57,374 nucleotides of DNA, filler included, from Platydemus manokwari (GCA_037951405.1; 6 parts of 6 records of this genome joined end to end with filler, not necessarily neighbours in it), one strand, 5' to 3'. Shown: positions 12,901-27,863, counted from the first letter of the whole stretch. Translations and numbers: made by a program. Notes: generated by a model from the letters alone, not told the origin.

Positions 12901-15900
12901 GATTGATATTAAAAAATTGATGACATTTGTCTACATCACTATTGCGTGATTGCAGCGGAGAAAAAAATGTAATTTATTGTGATGTCTTACAAGTATTTCG
13001 TTAGAAATTTTTTATTCAGCATTTTGTCTTGTACTTTTATCTGGTATATTTGATGGGAATATTCAATCACAAAAATATAAATGCTGGCGGCAATTTTGGC
13101 TGACAATCATGGATATTTAATAAAATGATTTTTATACATAAACTGTACGTCACTATTATTAAAAATAACAATGAGGAAAATCCTTAGCTGTCTTCAACTT
13201 TTTAATTTTTAATTTTCATTTACTCCTGTTCTTCAAGAAGTTGATAATTCTTATAAATGTGATAATTAAGCACCGATAATTTATAAATTCTGCGACTATA
13301 AATGCTTGACAAAATCTGCACAGATCAAGCTTAGCAGATAATGTCTAGCAAAACCGGTAGAATATAGAAATAGTAGTGTTGTAATTTTGTCGACAGCATT
13401 GAGAGGAAATCGTTTTGTACGAGTATCATTTTAATGGAATTCAGTAAATGAATTCAGTAAACAAAAATAGACAAATAAAACGATTCAATTAATTACAATA
13501 TCACCATTTCACTTCTTTTCAGTCAAGTGTATTCAAAAATGACCTCAAGTCAACTGTCTATAATCCACTGTAAAAGAAATGTTTATTGTAACTTCAAGAG
13601 AACTCTTACCAACTATTTTCTAGTTCGAGGGCACTTATGTTGAAATTTTAAATCTCCATTTATATCTGTCTTGTTTGATATGAAGTCAATAAAATTGTAG
13701 AGAAAGTTGGACTTTATTTTACTGATATGAATATTGGCATTATTTTATGCAATCACTGATAAGAATGAGCGACTGTGTGTGTGTGTGTTAATGTATGGAT
13801 GTACTCAATTAACATAAAAAACAATGAAATATGGTTCATGAAGATTGTGTGATTTAGTTTATTTACAATCCAGATTTCTTGTTCTTGCCCTCTATATACT
13901 TTCATGGTGCCAAAGACCACTGCATATTTAAAAGTTGAACTATTAATACTGTTTATTTATTTTTAATATCTATCGGCAAATATTCTCTCAAATTATATGA
14001 ACTTTAAAAAGTTGTTTAAAAGTTTATGCTCAAGAATTCTTTGTCGAAAAGATAAGAAATCAATATCAATTTTTAGAATTTTGACTTATAACTCGTAATC
14101 ATAACACAATAACGTCAAAAACATCAATACTGGACATATCAATATAAGATAACATTAACTGAGTCAAATGAACACCAAAATATCAAGATTAATACAGATA
14201 ATACTTATTTTAAAATATTTTTAGAAAAATTAATTACTAGAAGGAGTTTCATAAAAATGTGAATTTTTAACTAAACATGATATTGAAGGTGTAATTGATG
14301 ACCGAATAAATTCATAAATGTAATAATCAAAAACTAATAACATAAAATAGTATAAGGAAATACACCAATTAATGTGCACGAAATCTAAGAAAATACAGAG
14401 AATACTAGCTGGATTTAAAACAATTTAAACTCATTATGTGCCTTCGACGTGTTAGTCTTTGAAAAAACAAGAATTGTGAAGAAGAATCTCTAATCTGATA
14501 GACTAATGGAAAAAGAATACATGATGTATTTCTGGTTTGTTGTTTTTGTTTAGTTTAGTCTCAGATTTTATTCTTAATTTTGTGGTAGATCAATGTCGTC
14601 TTATCAGCCTCACGCTGTTCTAACCAAACCCAAGGTACAATTCTAAACCTTATTGTCATATTATTTTCTTTATTTGACTCCTGATTCCCCAAAATATAAA
14701 TTTAAAGGGCATTAGATCTAGCGAATCTGAGAAAATAGTAAAATGAACTATTCAATTTTCGAGATTTCATTGAAAAGGTTTTGGGATTCCAACATCAAGT
14801 ATCATTAATAATTGTTTTGAAATTGGCTTTAAATAACTAATTAAAAAAAAATTAGCCAAAGATACTTGGACAATTGTGTAGTAAATTTTTCAACAAGCAG
14901 TTGATGAAATTTTGCTAGTAATCAGATATCATTAAGAAAAAATAATAAGAAAACACTTGAACGATAAAAGTAAATTAATCTTCCATCATTTTATAGGTGG
15001 AATTGACATTATGAAGGCTTATGAAATAAAGACGGTTAAAGTTCGCATGAATACAGATCGTTTAAGGAAATAAATTTGGTGATATTTTTTTCTCTCGAAA
15101 TTTGACTATTGTTGAAAGCTTTGATATTTCATGATATTCTATCAGCAGAGAATTTTAAGCATATTGAAAACTTGTGTAGAAAGAAAGATAAATCAAGGAG
15201 GAACGAAAGATATCTTAAGGAGCTCGGAAACAAAACGCTATTTTTATAAATTCTACAAATTCGTAAGCTTGAAGAAGATTTCTAAAAGATATTTCTTTTT
15301 CATTCCAAGTTAGTTATTAAATATGATATATAAAACGAATAGGTCACATGTCTTCTTGACTTTTGAAAAAGTATTGAAGCGTGGACTGTTTAGAATCAAT
15401 GAATAACCAAATAACCAAAATATGAGAAAGTTTAATTTTGGTAATCTATTAGCGTAAATCAAGTAGATATCTGAACATTGGGATTTTTGAGTATCAATCA
15501 ATTGAATCCTTAACAGAGTACTTTTGCCAGAAATTAACAAAATCTCAACAATATTAGAACCAAGGTAAAATCAATATTTTTCTTAATAATAATGTTATAA
15601 TTTAATATAATCAACCGAAAAGGACAATGAAAAATACTGATGAAAAATAATGGCTACATCTAAGTACAGTAGGAATCACTTACTGGTTTATACTATCGCA
15701 TGATATTCTTGTATTTTAGCAAAGAATCAAAAATCCAGTTCAACAGTAATATCATAATTTAGTCTCGCTGAAAAAGGTCAAATTATCTTTTTTGAAACGA
15801 GTGCTCTTCAAATCTTTATAGTATATCATTATCAATAAAATTAATAATTGACAAAATAATATTAAATTAAAAAGTTCTTTTCTTTTTCGCATTTAAATTT

Positions 15901-18760
15901 AGACTGAAATTAATAACATTAATAAAACTTAAAAAGAAAAGCTTTATTAAATAATAAAAATCATTAAACTTCATTGAGATTGGCAATTATTTTTTTTAAA
16001 CATTCACATTTACGATAGTTGATGACTTTATTGATAAACGTCTTGGCTATTTTTATATCTTATCAGTGTTTTAATTAATCAATATCAGCTACCTGTTGAT
16101 TACCAGATATCGTTTATATTTATCTTTATATATGTACATTACATATAAATGTTAAATACTAGCAGATTAATTTTATGATTTTTAGTGGATAATGTTAGTT
16201 AGACAGAAAATTAATCTCATATGTATCCATTGTTAATTTTTGTGAGAGGTGCATCAAATGCATAAGTAAGATACGATCTTACTACACATGGTCAAGCTCT
16301 AGAATTAGATGACAAGAAAATAGAGTTAGTTTGTCGTCAGTTTGAATCCACATATTATAAATGTTTCTCTAATGTTGTAGGATAAGAAGTACTGATGATA
16401 TCGAAGGATTCAATGCTGTTGAGATTGTGAATGGTTCAATAAGTAACGTCCATAACCTTTACAATGATAACTACTTCATAATTCAGTTTCAATATTCTAA
16501 AATATATTATAATACTTCTGATATTATGTTTTTGATGTTTTTACTAGTTCATCGGACGTTAGGTAAAATTATTAATGATCCCAATTTAATAATTCCACTA
16601 AAAAACAGCAAATATTTTTAAAAAATAACAAAGAAATTCGGTTTGAAACTAAATAGTGACAATTATCGATTTCATATGATAACAAACTTATCAATATCCA
16701 AAGAAAAATTCATAATTTATTTATTTTTGATATTATTCATATATTTGAGTTGATGTCTAGCAAAAAGTTAATTAAAACATTATCGATTTTTTATATATAC
16801 TTTATTGTAATATGTTTATCAAAGATTTACTCCAATCAGTAGATTATTCTCAAACATCACAGTCAATTGAATTATTTTGCTTCTAGCATGAAATTGATTT
16901 TTTGTTCCTTTAATAAATTGACAACATTTTTGAAAAATATTTTAAAATAATCATCAAGAGCAGCAAATACGCTTATACTAATCATTGTCAGGGTGTTTAA
17001 GTTTGATTTTTAATTTCGAATGTACTGCGAAATTATTTTATAATAATATGAATTATCATTTACCTTTCTACTTGAATTTAATATATAATTTTAAATAATG
17101 ATCATTTAATACTACGAAAATAATGGAATTTCAAATTACATATATGGAGCATGAAATTCTTTATATATTTTTACATAATTTTGATATAAAAAATTTGAAA
17201 AATCTCACCACAAACTATAATTTAAATTTGTAATATCAACGGAATATGATAATTTAATATTAGATGATTTGCAAAATAAATTACTATAAGTAATTTCAAT
17301 TTGAAAGCTATCATCGCGTAATTGTATTACTTTATACTTTGTTTATTTTACTTTCAAGCCATTACTATCGCTACATATTTATATTTTTAAAAATCATTTC
17401 AATGATCATAAGATGAAATTTCATAAGTTTTGATTGGTCATCTGTTGACGGTTTGGTTATAAGTTGTAGCTAAGTTCATACCAATGTCTTCATAGTAATG
17501 AATAATCTGGCAAATCCTTATACCTGTTCTACATCTAAGACTTTTCGATTATATTTATATCGCTATAACTTGTGCATTATTCATCCCATATTTTACAACA
17601 AGAAATTTTCTCTTAATCTATTTAATTGTCGTTGAGAAAGTTTGAAATTATCTTTAAGATGATTATGTAAAAAGAAATCGATAAAAACCCTTTATAAATC
17701 GTAATTCGAAAATTCGTTCCCTTACAAGGGCCCATAAATACCAAAATACTCTATATGTAACTCAATAATTTGATTATATCGAATGGCGACATCGAACCAA
17801 CAGCTATCCGACTGTAAATTGTTACTAAATCAAATAAATATCACCTTATACGTACTATTTTATAAATGATAATTTGCAAAGTTGTACTGGGTTTCACAAT
17901 AAGTCGATTTACATTTTGTATTTGCAAGCATCATTAAAATAGAACTCAACTATTGATGGTTGGATTTCAAAAGCTATTTCAAAAGAAAAGTGTTGAAAGA
18001 AAAATTCTTGTTTCAAAAAGGGTAATATTTGAGATTTAAAGAAATTAATAATTGGAGTCACTAAAGATGGGAATGTATTTGATAAATATTTACTTCCTAT
18101 TTAGAAAATTTTAAATTACAAATTTTATTTATTAAAATATCTTTCAATAGTATCAAGATAATAAATTTATATATAAATAAGAAATCCAAAATATAACATT
18201 AATATGAACGTTTATATTTTCATATATTGCCATGATATAATTTTAAAAAAATAGTTTTAGAAATTAAGAAAAACTAACAATGAATTTTGTTATTTTTATT
18301 TTGTCTGAAGAATAATTTTTTTTAATTAGAAATTGATAATCTTGTTAATTTGATGTCTGCGATTCACAGTTTTGGAACCAGTGCAGTATATGGGTTTGTT
18401 AATTTCATTTTTCAGAAACTTGAAAATAAGAATTTTGAACTTTTCCTTGAATTATTGTTATTATATTAATATATTACTAAAAAACGATAATTTAAGTAAT
18501 ATAATTAGTTTTTCAATCAAAAAGGAATTAAATTATGACATTATTTATTCAAATAACCAATTGAATTATTATAATTTAATCTAACTATTTTGAATGAGCA
18601 TTTTATTTGAACTTTATTTCGTAAATAGTAATTAATTTATTATTTTAGATATTATGAAATAATAGTTATTTATAATAATTTTCATTTTTCTTATCATATA
18701 TTTTATCCTATATGTCTTATATGTTATTATTATTATTATTATTATTATTAATATTATTAT

Positions 18761-18860
18761 NNNNNNNNNNNNNNNNNNNNNNNNNNNNNNNNNNNNNNNN
18801 NNNNTTAATTAATTAANNNNNNNNNNNNNNNNNNNNNNNNNNNNNNNNNNNNNNNNNNNN
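18761..18860. other. Artificial contig-joining spacer
   Basis: N44-TTAATTAATTAA-N44. Confidence 0.97.
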
Positions 18861-21800
18861 TTAAATGATTTGGTAAAACAAAAACTTTAAACAACTAAAA
18901 AACATGAATAACTTTTGACTCAGCCTAATATATATAAATCGATGGAACCAATCGCTGATAGATTATTTACATCAAATATATTATTAATATATTCGCACTG
19001 ATTGTGACTGTTGGGAATTTGTTATCAGCATCGTTATACGAGTGATATAATGCTCTTCATTCAATATTTATTTGTCATATCCAATGAAGCATTTTATCTG
19101 GTTTACAGAGTTCCAAAACTGTACATATTTGATAGCTTCTCAACATTAACATTCGATGAAGCTCGTGAGTAAGGCATTCATANNNNNNNNNNNNNNNNNN
19201 NNNNNNNNNNNNNNNNNNNNNNNNNNNNNNNNNNNNNNNNNNNNNNNNNNNNNNNNNNNNNNNNNNNNNNNNNNNNNNNNNNNNNNNNNNNNNNNNNNNN
19301 NNNNNNNNNNNNNNNNNNNNNNNNNCAATAGGATATCTTTTTTAGTCGTTATCATGTATGTTGGAAAAATGCCTTAAACAAAACACATGGTATTGTATGA
19401 TTGTTTCAGTTCAGAATAACGAAATAAGCTCACTTATTGATTTATTTAGACGGTTCGATACAAAAATTGTGCAGCAGTTTTTTGAAGATTTCAACAAAGA
19501 ATCAAATAAAAAATAATGTTCTACAGACAAGTAGGAAGTTCAGAACCTATTTTGTCAATGCCATACTGTAATAATTATCCTTCAAATACATAAACGAGCT
19601 AGATCAACGTCAGTAGTACGAGAACATCACGAAAACATCTTTTCATCCCAAATCTATTTTGATTCATAACATCTCCAATAACAATGGTATCCGTTTTATT
19701 TATGGTTTAGAAATAAATTTTGATGAATGAAAAATCGAAACTCAAATGGACAACGACAATATTTTTTCAAATAAAACAAACCGATAATAAGATAATGTCC
19801 TCAAAATAACAAAAAAATTGTGATAATGGATGACTTGGAAGATTTTATAAAGCAAGATATTTTATAAAAAATATCCGTTCTTAGATAGTGATTATTGGCA
19901 AAAAGTTTCCAAGAGTAATCGAACGAGAGCTTCAATTACTATAAAATTAAAATTAAAATTGTAGAATCCTGAGATGTCTTCATTTTTCAAGGAGATCATA
20001 TCGATGGTGTGTACCAAGGTGATTAGGTAATGACTATCGAAAGTATAAAGGCAAAGCTAATGAAAGAATGACTATTTATCAACTCAATAATGAGTGCATA
20101 TTTTCAAATAAGTGTTCCATTCAACATTCAGATAAAAAATAAATAAAAATAAAAAATAAAAAATTACGAAATTATAATCTAAACAAATCATATGGGTGTA
20201 ATTTCGATTCCATATTGATATTTTATTGATAGGATCACGTGTAGTTCGGTTAAATAATATGAAATCTTTATCTTATCTGTGAGCCACCCACGTAAGTAGT
20301 TAAATTCTCTTTTATTTCTTTCGGAATTCGCTTGGAAAAAAAGAACCATTCGAGTAAGCGCAAAGGAACGGAAAGAATAATTCACAGTCAGAAATATTTA
20401 TCAATAGCTTGCACCAGTAATAGAAAATCTACCCCAAGATCGGATTGGATTAACCTTGCACCTTTTATTTAGAGCGACATGTAATTGAAAAGATATAAAA
20501 CATATAAACGAATATATCGTTGAGTTCTAAAGAATTGAGGTCTGCAATTTATATTCCACTAAATCGAGCTGATTTGTAGGTATATAAACAGTTCCAAAAC
20601 ACATAAAAATACTTCATAAATCAAATACAAAAACATTTTAATACTAGGCTCCCAACTGGCGGTTAGTCATTTTTAGACCAGTATTTATACTTGAGACTTG
20701 CTCTTAACTTCTGACTAACATTTAGATTTGGTCTTTCCTTTTTCAAGTTTCAACTGGATTTATTGATTTTGTGTTCTCGGGATTTGTCAATCCCTATGGG
20801 CGAGTTACTGCAGGGGTTATGTTCATTTTTTGGAATTAGAGTCCTCAATGTAAGTCTTCTGTAAGTGGTTGGCTGTAATGCCTTTATGATTGTGTGGGCA
20901 TGCATATGCTTGAAGTGCCAAAACAAGTGTTTCACAAAATGTGAAAAATCAATAAATAAAATATTTAAATGATATTGAGACGTGAAACTCATAAGCAAAT
21001 TCATGTATCAATGTTAAGTGCATCTGTAGACAAATTTATGAATGTCTAGAGTGGGTTTCATTTTGCTAATTGGAACATGAATCTTATCATAAATAGATAT
21101 CATATTCACTGGATACAGCTATCCAATTTGGATTGATTATAAATCCAAATTTATTTACGACATTATTTAAAATTTTATGAATATTGTCAGCAGTTATTGA
21201 TGTCGTTTATTCCACAATGTCCCAATGATATTGATTTATAGAAGGCTCAATGTACTGCACATACTTTGTCAAATGATAAAAGGTTTCGTTGAGTTTCCCT
21301 GCCGTTGTGAATAAAATAAAAATCAATAAGTTAGAACTTTTTCTCTATCTTTATTGAGCACATGTGACCATTTATCAAAATTCTTTTCCTTTGTTAACGA
21401 TAAAACAAATTTAAGAGGTTCAACTAACAAAAGTATATTTAAGCTAAAATATTCAAACACATTATTTAAAGGTATTTTAATTTATTTATTATATTTAAAA
21501 TAATTATAAAACTTTAATAGTTGATGGATTTATGATCCCGTACCACCTAGGTGATCATGTTTCTCTTTCGTTTGATTTGTGATAAGGTTTGCATGTTCTG
21601 ATATTTGTCAAATTATTATTTCAATGGCTGCCAAATCGATATTGACTAAAACCCATTCAACGATTATAAATAACTCGATATTTATTATAACAATTATTAT
21701 TGAATATGCCGTCCAGTTTGCCATTTTCATGACAATTACAGCAGTTTATTGAGTCCCTTGTCATCAATGTCTAGTGTACTCCACTTTTCTCTTAGGTTTT

Positions 21801-22689
21801 CAAAATTTTCAGTTCGTCCAACTTGTATATCTAATATTGAAGTGCAAACATTTCAACCTGAAATAATAACACCTTTTCCGAGTTAATATGAAGCAAAAAT
21901 TTGACTGCATTTAGATATTCAAGATCGATAATTGTCAAAAGAAATATATTTTCCGACCGAGTAAATACAAAATAAATTTTCATCCTTTACATAATTTATT
22001 TCTGTCTTATCAAATATTCCATATATATTTTCAACGGTTATCATTTATTTAATTATTTACAAATATAACTTGGCTGATTTCATCAATTAATTCGTAACGT
22101 TTATCATTTCAACCTGCTTAATGTCCCAAATCAGAGTTAATCTTTACAAATCATTATAATGAATTTACAGAGAAATCAAAATAACATTGATGATGCTTGA
22201 CAAAGTACTCATTAACGTGATCATTCATTGATAGATCAAGAATAAAAATGAAAGAAATTTTGCAATTTTGTTTTAATGAATTCATGAATTAATGTTGATA
22301 TTTCGATCAGAATTCATAAAGATCAGATTTAAAATGATTATGAAATGAATCCTTGGATTGAATGGTTTAAATGAGTTGTTTATTTATTGGATTCTGTTTA
22401 ATTCATAATATAATTATTGATGTTATTATAATTATTATTTTATCATTATTTACCTAATATTTATTATTATTATTATTTTTGTTATTTTTATTATTATAAT
22501 TATTACTATTACTATTATTATTATTATTATTATCTTTATCATAATTGTTTTAATTATCGATATAATTATAATATCGATGTTATAATTATTTAGATTATTA
22601 TCGATTTATTATAAGATTTATTAAAATACAAGTTTGGAATCATTTTTGACCTGTCTGGGTCAGAAAGCTTTTGTTTTGTGACTTCATTG

Positions 22690-23245
22690 GTTTAGTAAAG
22701 GCACGACCTGTTACAATGTTGCTTTTGTCTTTCATTCATTTTGGCTCTCTTGGATTTGGAACAAATTAAATGTTTTATAGATTCGATGAAATCTATCAAA
22801 ACACCTGTAGAGTGGAAATGCCAAATTTTCGCTGAGTGTTCAATGTTTCCTATTGCACATTGTTTGACCAGGTTTCGGATTTTTGTTTTTGCACTCCAAC
22901 GTTTTCTAAATTGCTTAAGTTGATGCCGGAACTGTACCGACAGAGCCTATAGTGCAGGTTAAAAGCTTACTATTAAAGTTTGGCCTATTTCTAAAATCGG
23001 TGGAGTGATTTATATTATTTTTGATCGTTTTCCCAAAGTGTTTCAACGTATCAATCGGACATTTCATCTCTGCAAGAAAAATATTTTTCTTCTCAACATT
23101 GGTTATTATCAAATCGATATTCTCTTTGGTATTTGGTAACAAGGAACACATCTGGTTGACCACTACAGTGATGCACTTTGAACGGAGACACTCAACAATT
23201 TTGTTTAGACATGCCTCATGACGAGCAGTTTGTAATTTTTTGTTT
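22690..23245 (-). mobile_element. 3' fragment of an RLE-type (R2/NeSL/Utopia-like) non-LTR retrotransposon: restriction-like endonuclease domain
   Basis: TARHEACLNKIVECL...KENIDLIITNVEKKNIFLAEMKCPID...TIGSVGTVP fits the RH...(P)D..(D/E)xK(C)P...GSxG pattern. After a frameshift it reads IRNLVKQCAIGNIEHSAKIWHFHSTG, like NeSL-clade C-termini. Confidence 0.75.
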
Positions 23246-25965
23246 GGGTTATTATCGATATTATTATTAATTAAAATATGATTAACTTTATCATAATTAT
23301 TATAATAATCCTTATTGTTTAAATAAGAATGGTAACAATATTTGTTAACATCAATTTATTGTTGGCATTATTATTGATACCATTGTGGTCATTGGTAATA
23401 TTAACTATTATTTTTATATTTATATTTTCTGTTTATCGTTCACATCGAAACAAACCTATAAAGTTTGTTTGTTCCATAGCTTTAAAATTATAATATAATT
23501 ATTTATAAAATCTCTAAACTGGTGTAGAAGCGAATCATAAAGAATATCGTTGGTTCTCAATTTTGATAATCATGGACTCTCGTGATTATTCTTCTAAAAC
23601 GAACTATTTAGTAAGAGAAATATAGGAATTCCCTGAAAGGTGAAAATCTTCTCGAAATAGACGTCTTTCAGCTTGAACGAAGGATAAGAAATTACATCCC
23701 GTTGAACCCAATATTGACGTGAATGGCCAAACAGGAATGATATGGAGATACATTCAATGGAACCCAATATCAAACATCCACATAAAATTGAATCATCAAC
23801 ACATTTTATCCTATTTTTAACACTTATCTATCCCATGGTACTTATATCTGATTTCCATGGACTATTCTGAAATATCGTCTAAAATATGACAGCCAATTCC
23901 TTCAACATCACAAGAAACTCATTGATAGTTTACTCTATCATTGATATTGACAAAGCGTTGTGACAAAAATGGAAAATTCCTTTTCCAGTCCCATAAACGA
24001 AATTCAACAACGAAGAACAATTTCGTCGGTAGAGAAATGTTAATCATTTTCGTCGCATTAAGAGAAGTTGATTATTGACTTTAATTTGCGTTTGATGTTT
24101 TAGCGTTCTTCGTTATTTGCTATTAAAATAGGCTGCTATAGCTCATAGAGATAATACTCAAACGATAAAAGTTTCCATCATTAATATGAAATTACTTGTT
24201 TCGGTTTTATTATGTGATGATTTTGAAAATAATTATTTGTACATCAAGAATCATTACAACAAAAATATTACAGATTAAAAGAAAGAATTTCAATTTGCCG
24301 GAATTAATTATTTGGGATTCCGTGTTATTGTTGGATTGATTAAATGAGTTTTTCCTTGACACGATGAGGAAAATATGAAAGATGTAAAATCAATTATTTA
24401 TTTATTTGTTTCAAATAAACCAGTTATGATTTATCTGTTAGATTTCTTTCACTTGGTTTCATTAGGCGGCTCGGATTAGTTATATTATATTCCCTGATAA
24501 TGTTCCCATATAACTGATTCTCATTTTCATTGATGTTTCCGCTGTTGACTTCTTTTGAAAAGGTATTTACCGTCGATATTATACATCAAGAGAATATAGT
24601 TTAAAAATGTTCTTTCAGTGGTAATTATAAGATTTTCTGGTTGGACCAATTATTATACTAATAAGTAATGAATATACGACTTTTTCACTAACACTTATCA
24701 AGTGACACTCGTGATGTCTCATTATTATTGCAGGAAGAACTATTATTACTTAACAAACATCTTTCTCGATTCCTTTAATTTGGTCCCTGATTAAAGCTTC
24801 CATAGTATAAACAAACAGCCGTATCTAATTACCCAATAAAATTATTAAATTATTTGTGTTGTACTTACTCACGGAAGTTTGAAAGATCTGCATAAATTGT
24901 TAGCTTTATACTTCATTAAATTAAGGTAAATGAACAGCGAGAAAAAGTCTTCTTACATAAAATTTAGAATAAATCGTCTATGCAGCGAATATATTAATGT
25001 CCGAACAGTCAATAGTTCGACAAAGTTGCAGTCATGGATTCGTTATTGGATTTGTAGGTGACTACAGGTTGCAAATAATAAAAAAAAGATGTTTCCATTG
25101 ACAATGTTTTAATCAGTCTTTAGAATTAACGAATTCAAAATTCGATCTGAAACTAAGCAGTGGAAAATAGCTCTGACTACTCATCGAAGATACAGTTCTA
25201 TATAAACGCTCTATCATAGTCGATTTTTTACTTGTAATCAATCATATTGTGATAGTATTTGATGTTGAATTTTTTAAGTTAGAATACCAATCTAGTAATC
25301 CCAGCAACGAATTACTCTGCTAGTATTAATCTTAATATCATTGGGTTATTTATAATTGATAAAAGCATTTAACAAGGCTTCTACATTACAATAAAAACCA
25401 AACCGTATCGATGAAATCCTTTATGAACCGACTACAACAGAATCTCAAGAATCTCATTTTGCTAATAAACTAGGAAGTAAATTAGTTCATTAAATAAGAT
25501 TTTGATAAGCTTTAATCTCTGCGCCCTGCTCAGTGTAATTCAGTAAATAACATACATTTTGTTTAGAGCAATTTGTAAAGAGAACGAAAGAATTAACCAA
25601 CTCGAACACTGACTGTTTCGTCTAAATTAGAATAGGGAAAATATAATTCCTTTATAAAATTATTCTATTAAGGTGACCATTAATAGATTTGAGCTATCAA
25701 TGTAATTCATCTAACAGGACATCACTGACACGATTTCACTGTCATTCCCATCTCCATTATTTACCATCAATTCAGGTAACAAATTCTGGTGGAGATTTTT
25801 CGTCAATGGCTTTGATGAAAAGAAAACAATTCTTGTCATACTTTTTAAAACGATATCGTGATATGTTCAGCTTTCTAATTTTTGAACAATAAATTCATGT
25901 GGTGAGATGAGAATTTTAAAATTATCACTGTGGGAATAAAGATAAAAGATAAAGCTATTTCCCAC

Positions 25966-26679
25966 CTCCAAAATAACTGCCATCAGAAAGACTAGTAACT
26001 ACTTCTCCATCCTTTGTAATGATATCGACAATACCTTCTTGAATGAAGTACATTTTCGTTCCGAGTGTTCCTTCTTTAATAATTAAATCCCCTGGTTGAA
26101 ATACTTCGTACATTAGTTTGGAAACTACTTCTGATACGAATGATTGATCAGCGTAAGTGAAAAATGGTACAGCCGCCACGAGAGCACGGCAATTATAATT
26201 GATAACTTGCTGAATTAGAAGCAGACAATGATACAAAATAAAATAATTAGTCTAACCTCTCTGAGGCATTCATTTAGCTCCGTCAAAATTTGGTCTTCAT
26301 TGAACATTTTCCCCTGATATCTGTGCTCATAATAGTTTGCAATTCGCTGTCTCAATGCTCTGGGGAGTTTTCGATATGTCATATATTCTTCCACTTGCTT
26401 GAACTGAACGACAAATAAATAACCAAATGATACTCATCAATGATAAATTCTGATTTATACCTTTTCCCGATATAGTCTTTTAGACGTATCGAATGATTGG
26501 ATTAGTGCTGCTGCGTGGCCAACGAACAAAGCATAACAAGTGGCTCCAGTAATCATACTGATAATTGTTATCCATGCTTCTGAAATACTGGTCGGTGGAA
26601 ACCTCCCATACCCAATGCTAAGCATGTGAGACATAGCTTTGAAAAGAGACCAAGTATACTGTTCAAACCAGTCGGAATG
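25966..26679 (-). CDS. HCN: Hyperpolarization-activated cyclic nucleotide-gated channel, three internal exons (26461-26679 pore-S6; 26257-26403 C-linker; 25966-26209 CNBD N-half)
   Basis: [29 protein letters not shown]...[29 protein letters not shown] | [36 protein letters not shown]...LRE | [17 protein letters not shown]...[26 protein letters not shown]...LSDGSYFG. The introns are 57 and 47 nt, GT-AG. Confidence 0.96.
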
Positions 26680-27654
26680 CTTAGATGAAAATATATGATT
26701 GTGGGTATCAAAAAAATCTCTATATCGTTTATATAAGAATCGAAAGACAGTCGCTAATGTATGGTTGATGGATTATGTGTAGATGAAAGCTCATAGGAAT
26801 TAATAATAAAGAATAGGAAAGTTTATTTAGCGGTGAAGAGAAAGGACATAATAAAAATCTGAACTTGCATTACTTGAAAACATCGTCAGAAGCATAGATT
26901 ATAGATAGAAATATATCCCTGGAAATATCGATTTTATTATTCTTTTTTAACATAATTTAATAATATTTATATTTATCGACCGTTTAACATTTTTTACGTT
27001 ACGAATAAAGTAGTTCGTACTACTTTGAGAATATTTTTTGATTCTAAAATGTTTGGAAAAATTATTTAAAATATTTTTTGAGATAAAAAGATATTATTTT
27101 GTATTTAAATCTTAGAGAACTTTTAGTGAACGAGCTACCGCCAACAAAAGGTAATTTTGTTATTGATATTTCTGGTTGTGGTCGTTATGTGAGAATAAGG
27201 AGAGTTGATAACTGAATCAATTGCTATACCACTAGTATAATAATTGATAGGTTTAATATTATAGATTCATGTCATTTAACACACGTGACCACCATCTTTC
27301 TCTACTTGATAATGACCAAGTGTTTAAGTAGTATTTTTGAAATTTTGTTTAAACCAGCATATCCTGCCCCGTGATAAATATAACTATGATGTCAATTATT
27401 TCGACAAATAATAAATTAATTTTGTAAAATTCCTTACAAAGTCACTGCTGATGAATATGAACGGCATTAAACCCATATCGATGTTTATCCAGAGAAGATT
27501 TTAACATGATTGACGAATTAGATAGAGCTTATTGTAAGAAAAATACCTTTTTAAACATATCCCAGGTATAACCGAGATTACAATAATAAGCAAGAAGTCA
27601 ACAAAGTACGATAATCGAAAGGATTAAAGAAACCTGCTGAAAATGAGATAATAA

Positions 27655-27754
27655 NNNNNNNNNNNNNNNNNNNNNNNNNNNNNNNNNNNNNNNNNNNNTT
27701 AATTAATTAANNNNNNNNNNNNNNNNNNNNNNNNNNNNNNNNNNNNNNNNNNNN
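27655..27754. other. Artificial contig-joining spacer
   Basis: N44-TTAATTAATTAA-N44. Confidence 0.97.
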
Positions 27755-27762
27755 AAAATATT

Positions 27763-27835
27763 CGATCCTAGCAGGACTCGAACCTGCAATCTTCTGATTC
27801 GAAGTCAGACGCCTTATCCATTGGGCCATATTTCC
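27763..27835 (-). tRNA. tRNA-Arg (anticodon TCG), probably a pseudogene because the acceptor stem is disrupted
   Basis: GGAAATA TGGCCCAATGGATAAGGCG TCTGA-CTTCGAA-TCAGA AGATT GCAGG-TTCGAGT-CCTGC TAGGATC G, then TTTT. D, anticodon and T arms and A/B boxes are intact. The acceptor 5' strand GGAAATA has 3 mismatches to TAGGATC. Confidence 0.88.
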
Positions 27836-27863
27836 TAGTATTTTCTGCTTCATTGTGTTATAT

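Noticed and set aside
11070-15560. Highly decayed LINE-like fragments (for example KQKRGDC near 11170 and GGIDIMKAY near 15000)
   Set aside because: The motifs are too degenerate to assign family or boundaries.
20500-21000. Possible LINE ORF1 zinc-knuckle/APE remnant (FGTVYIPT, minus strand)
   Set aside because: A single short motif is insufficient support.
23500-24010. Possible Gypsy RT relic (GKGIFHF...GCHILDDI, minus) or integrase relic (plus)
   Set aside because: Both readings are weak and conflict with each other.
27547-27637. Exon-like segment with good AG/GT sites upstream of the HCN pore exon
   Set aside because: It has stops in all three frames and no similarity to HCN S5. A poison exon cannot be distinguished from chance.
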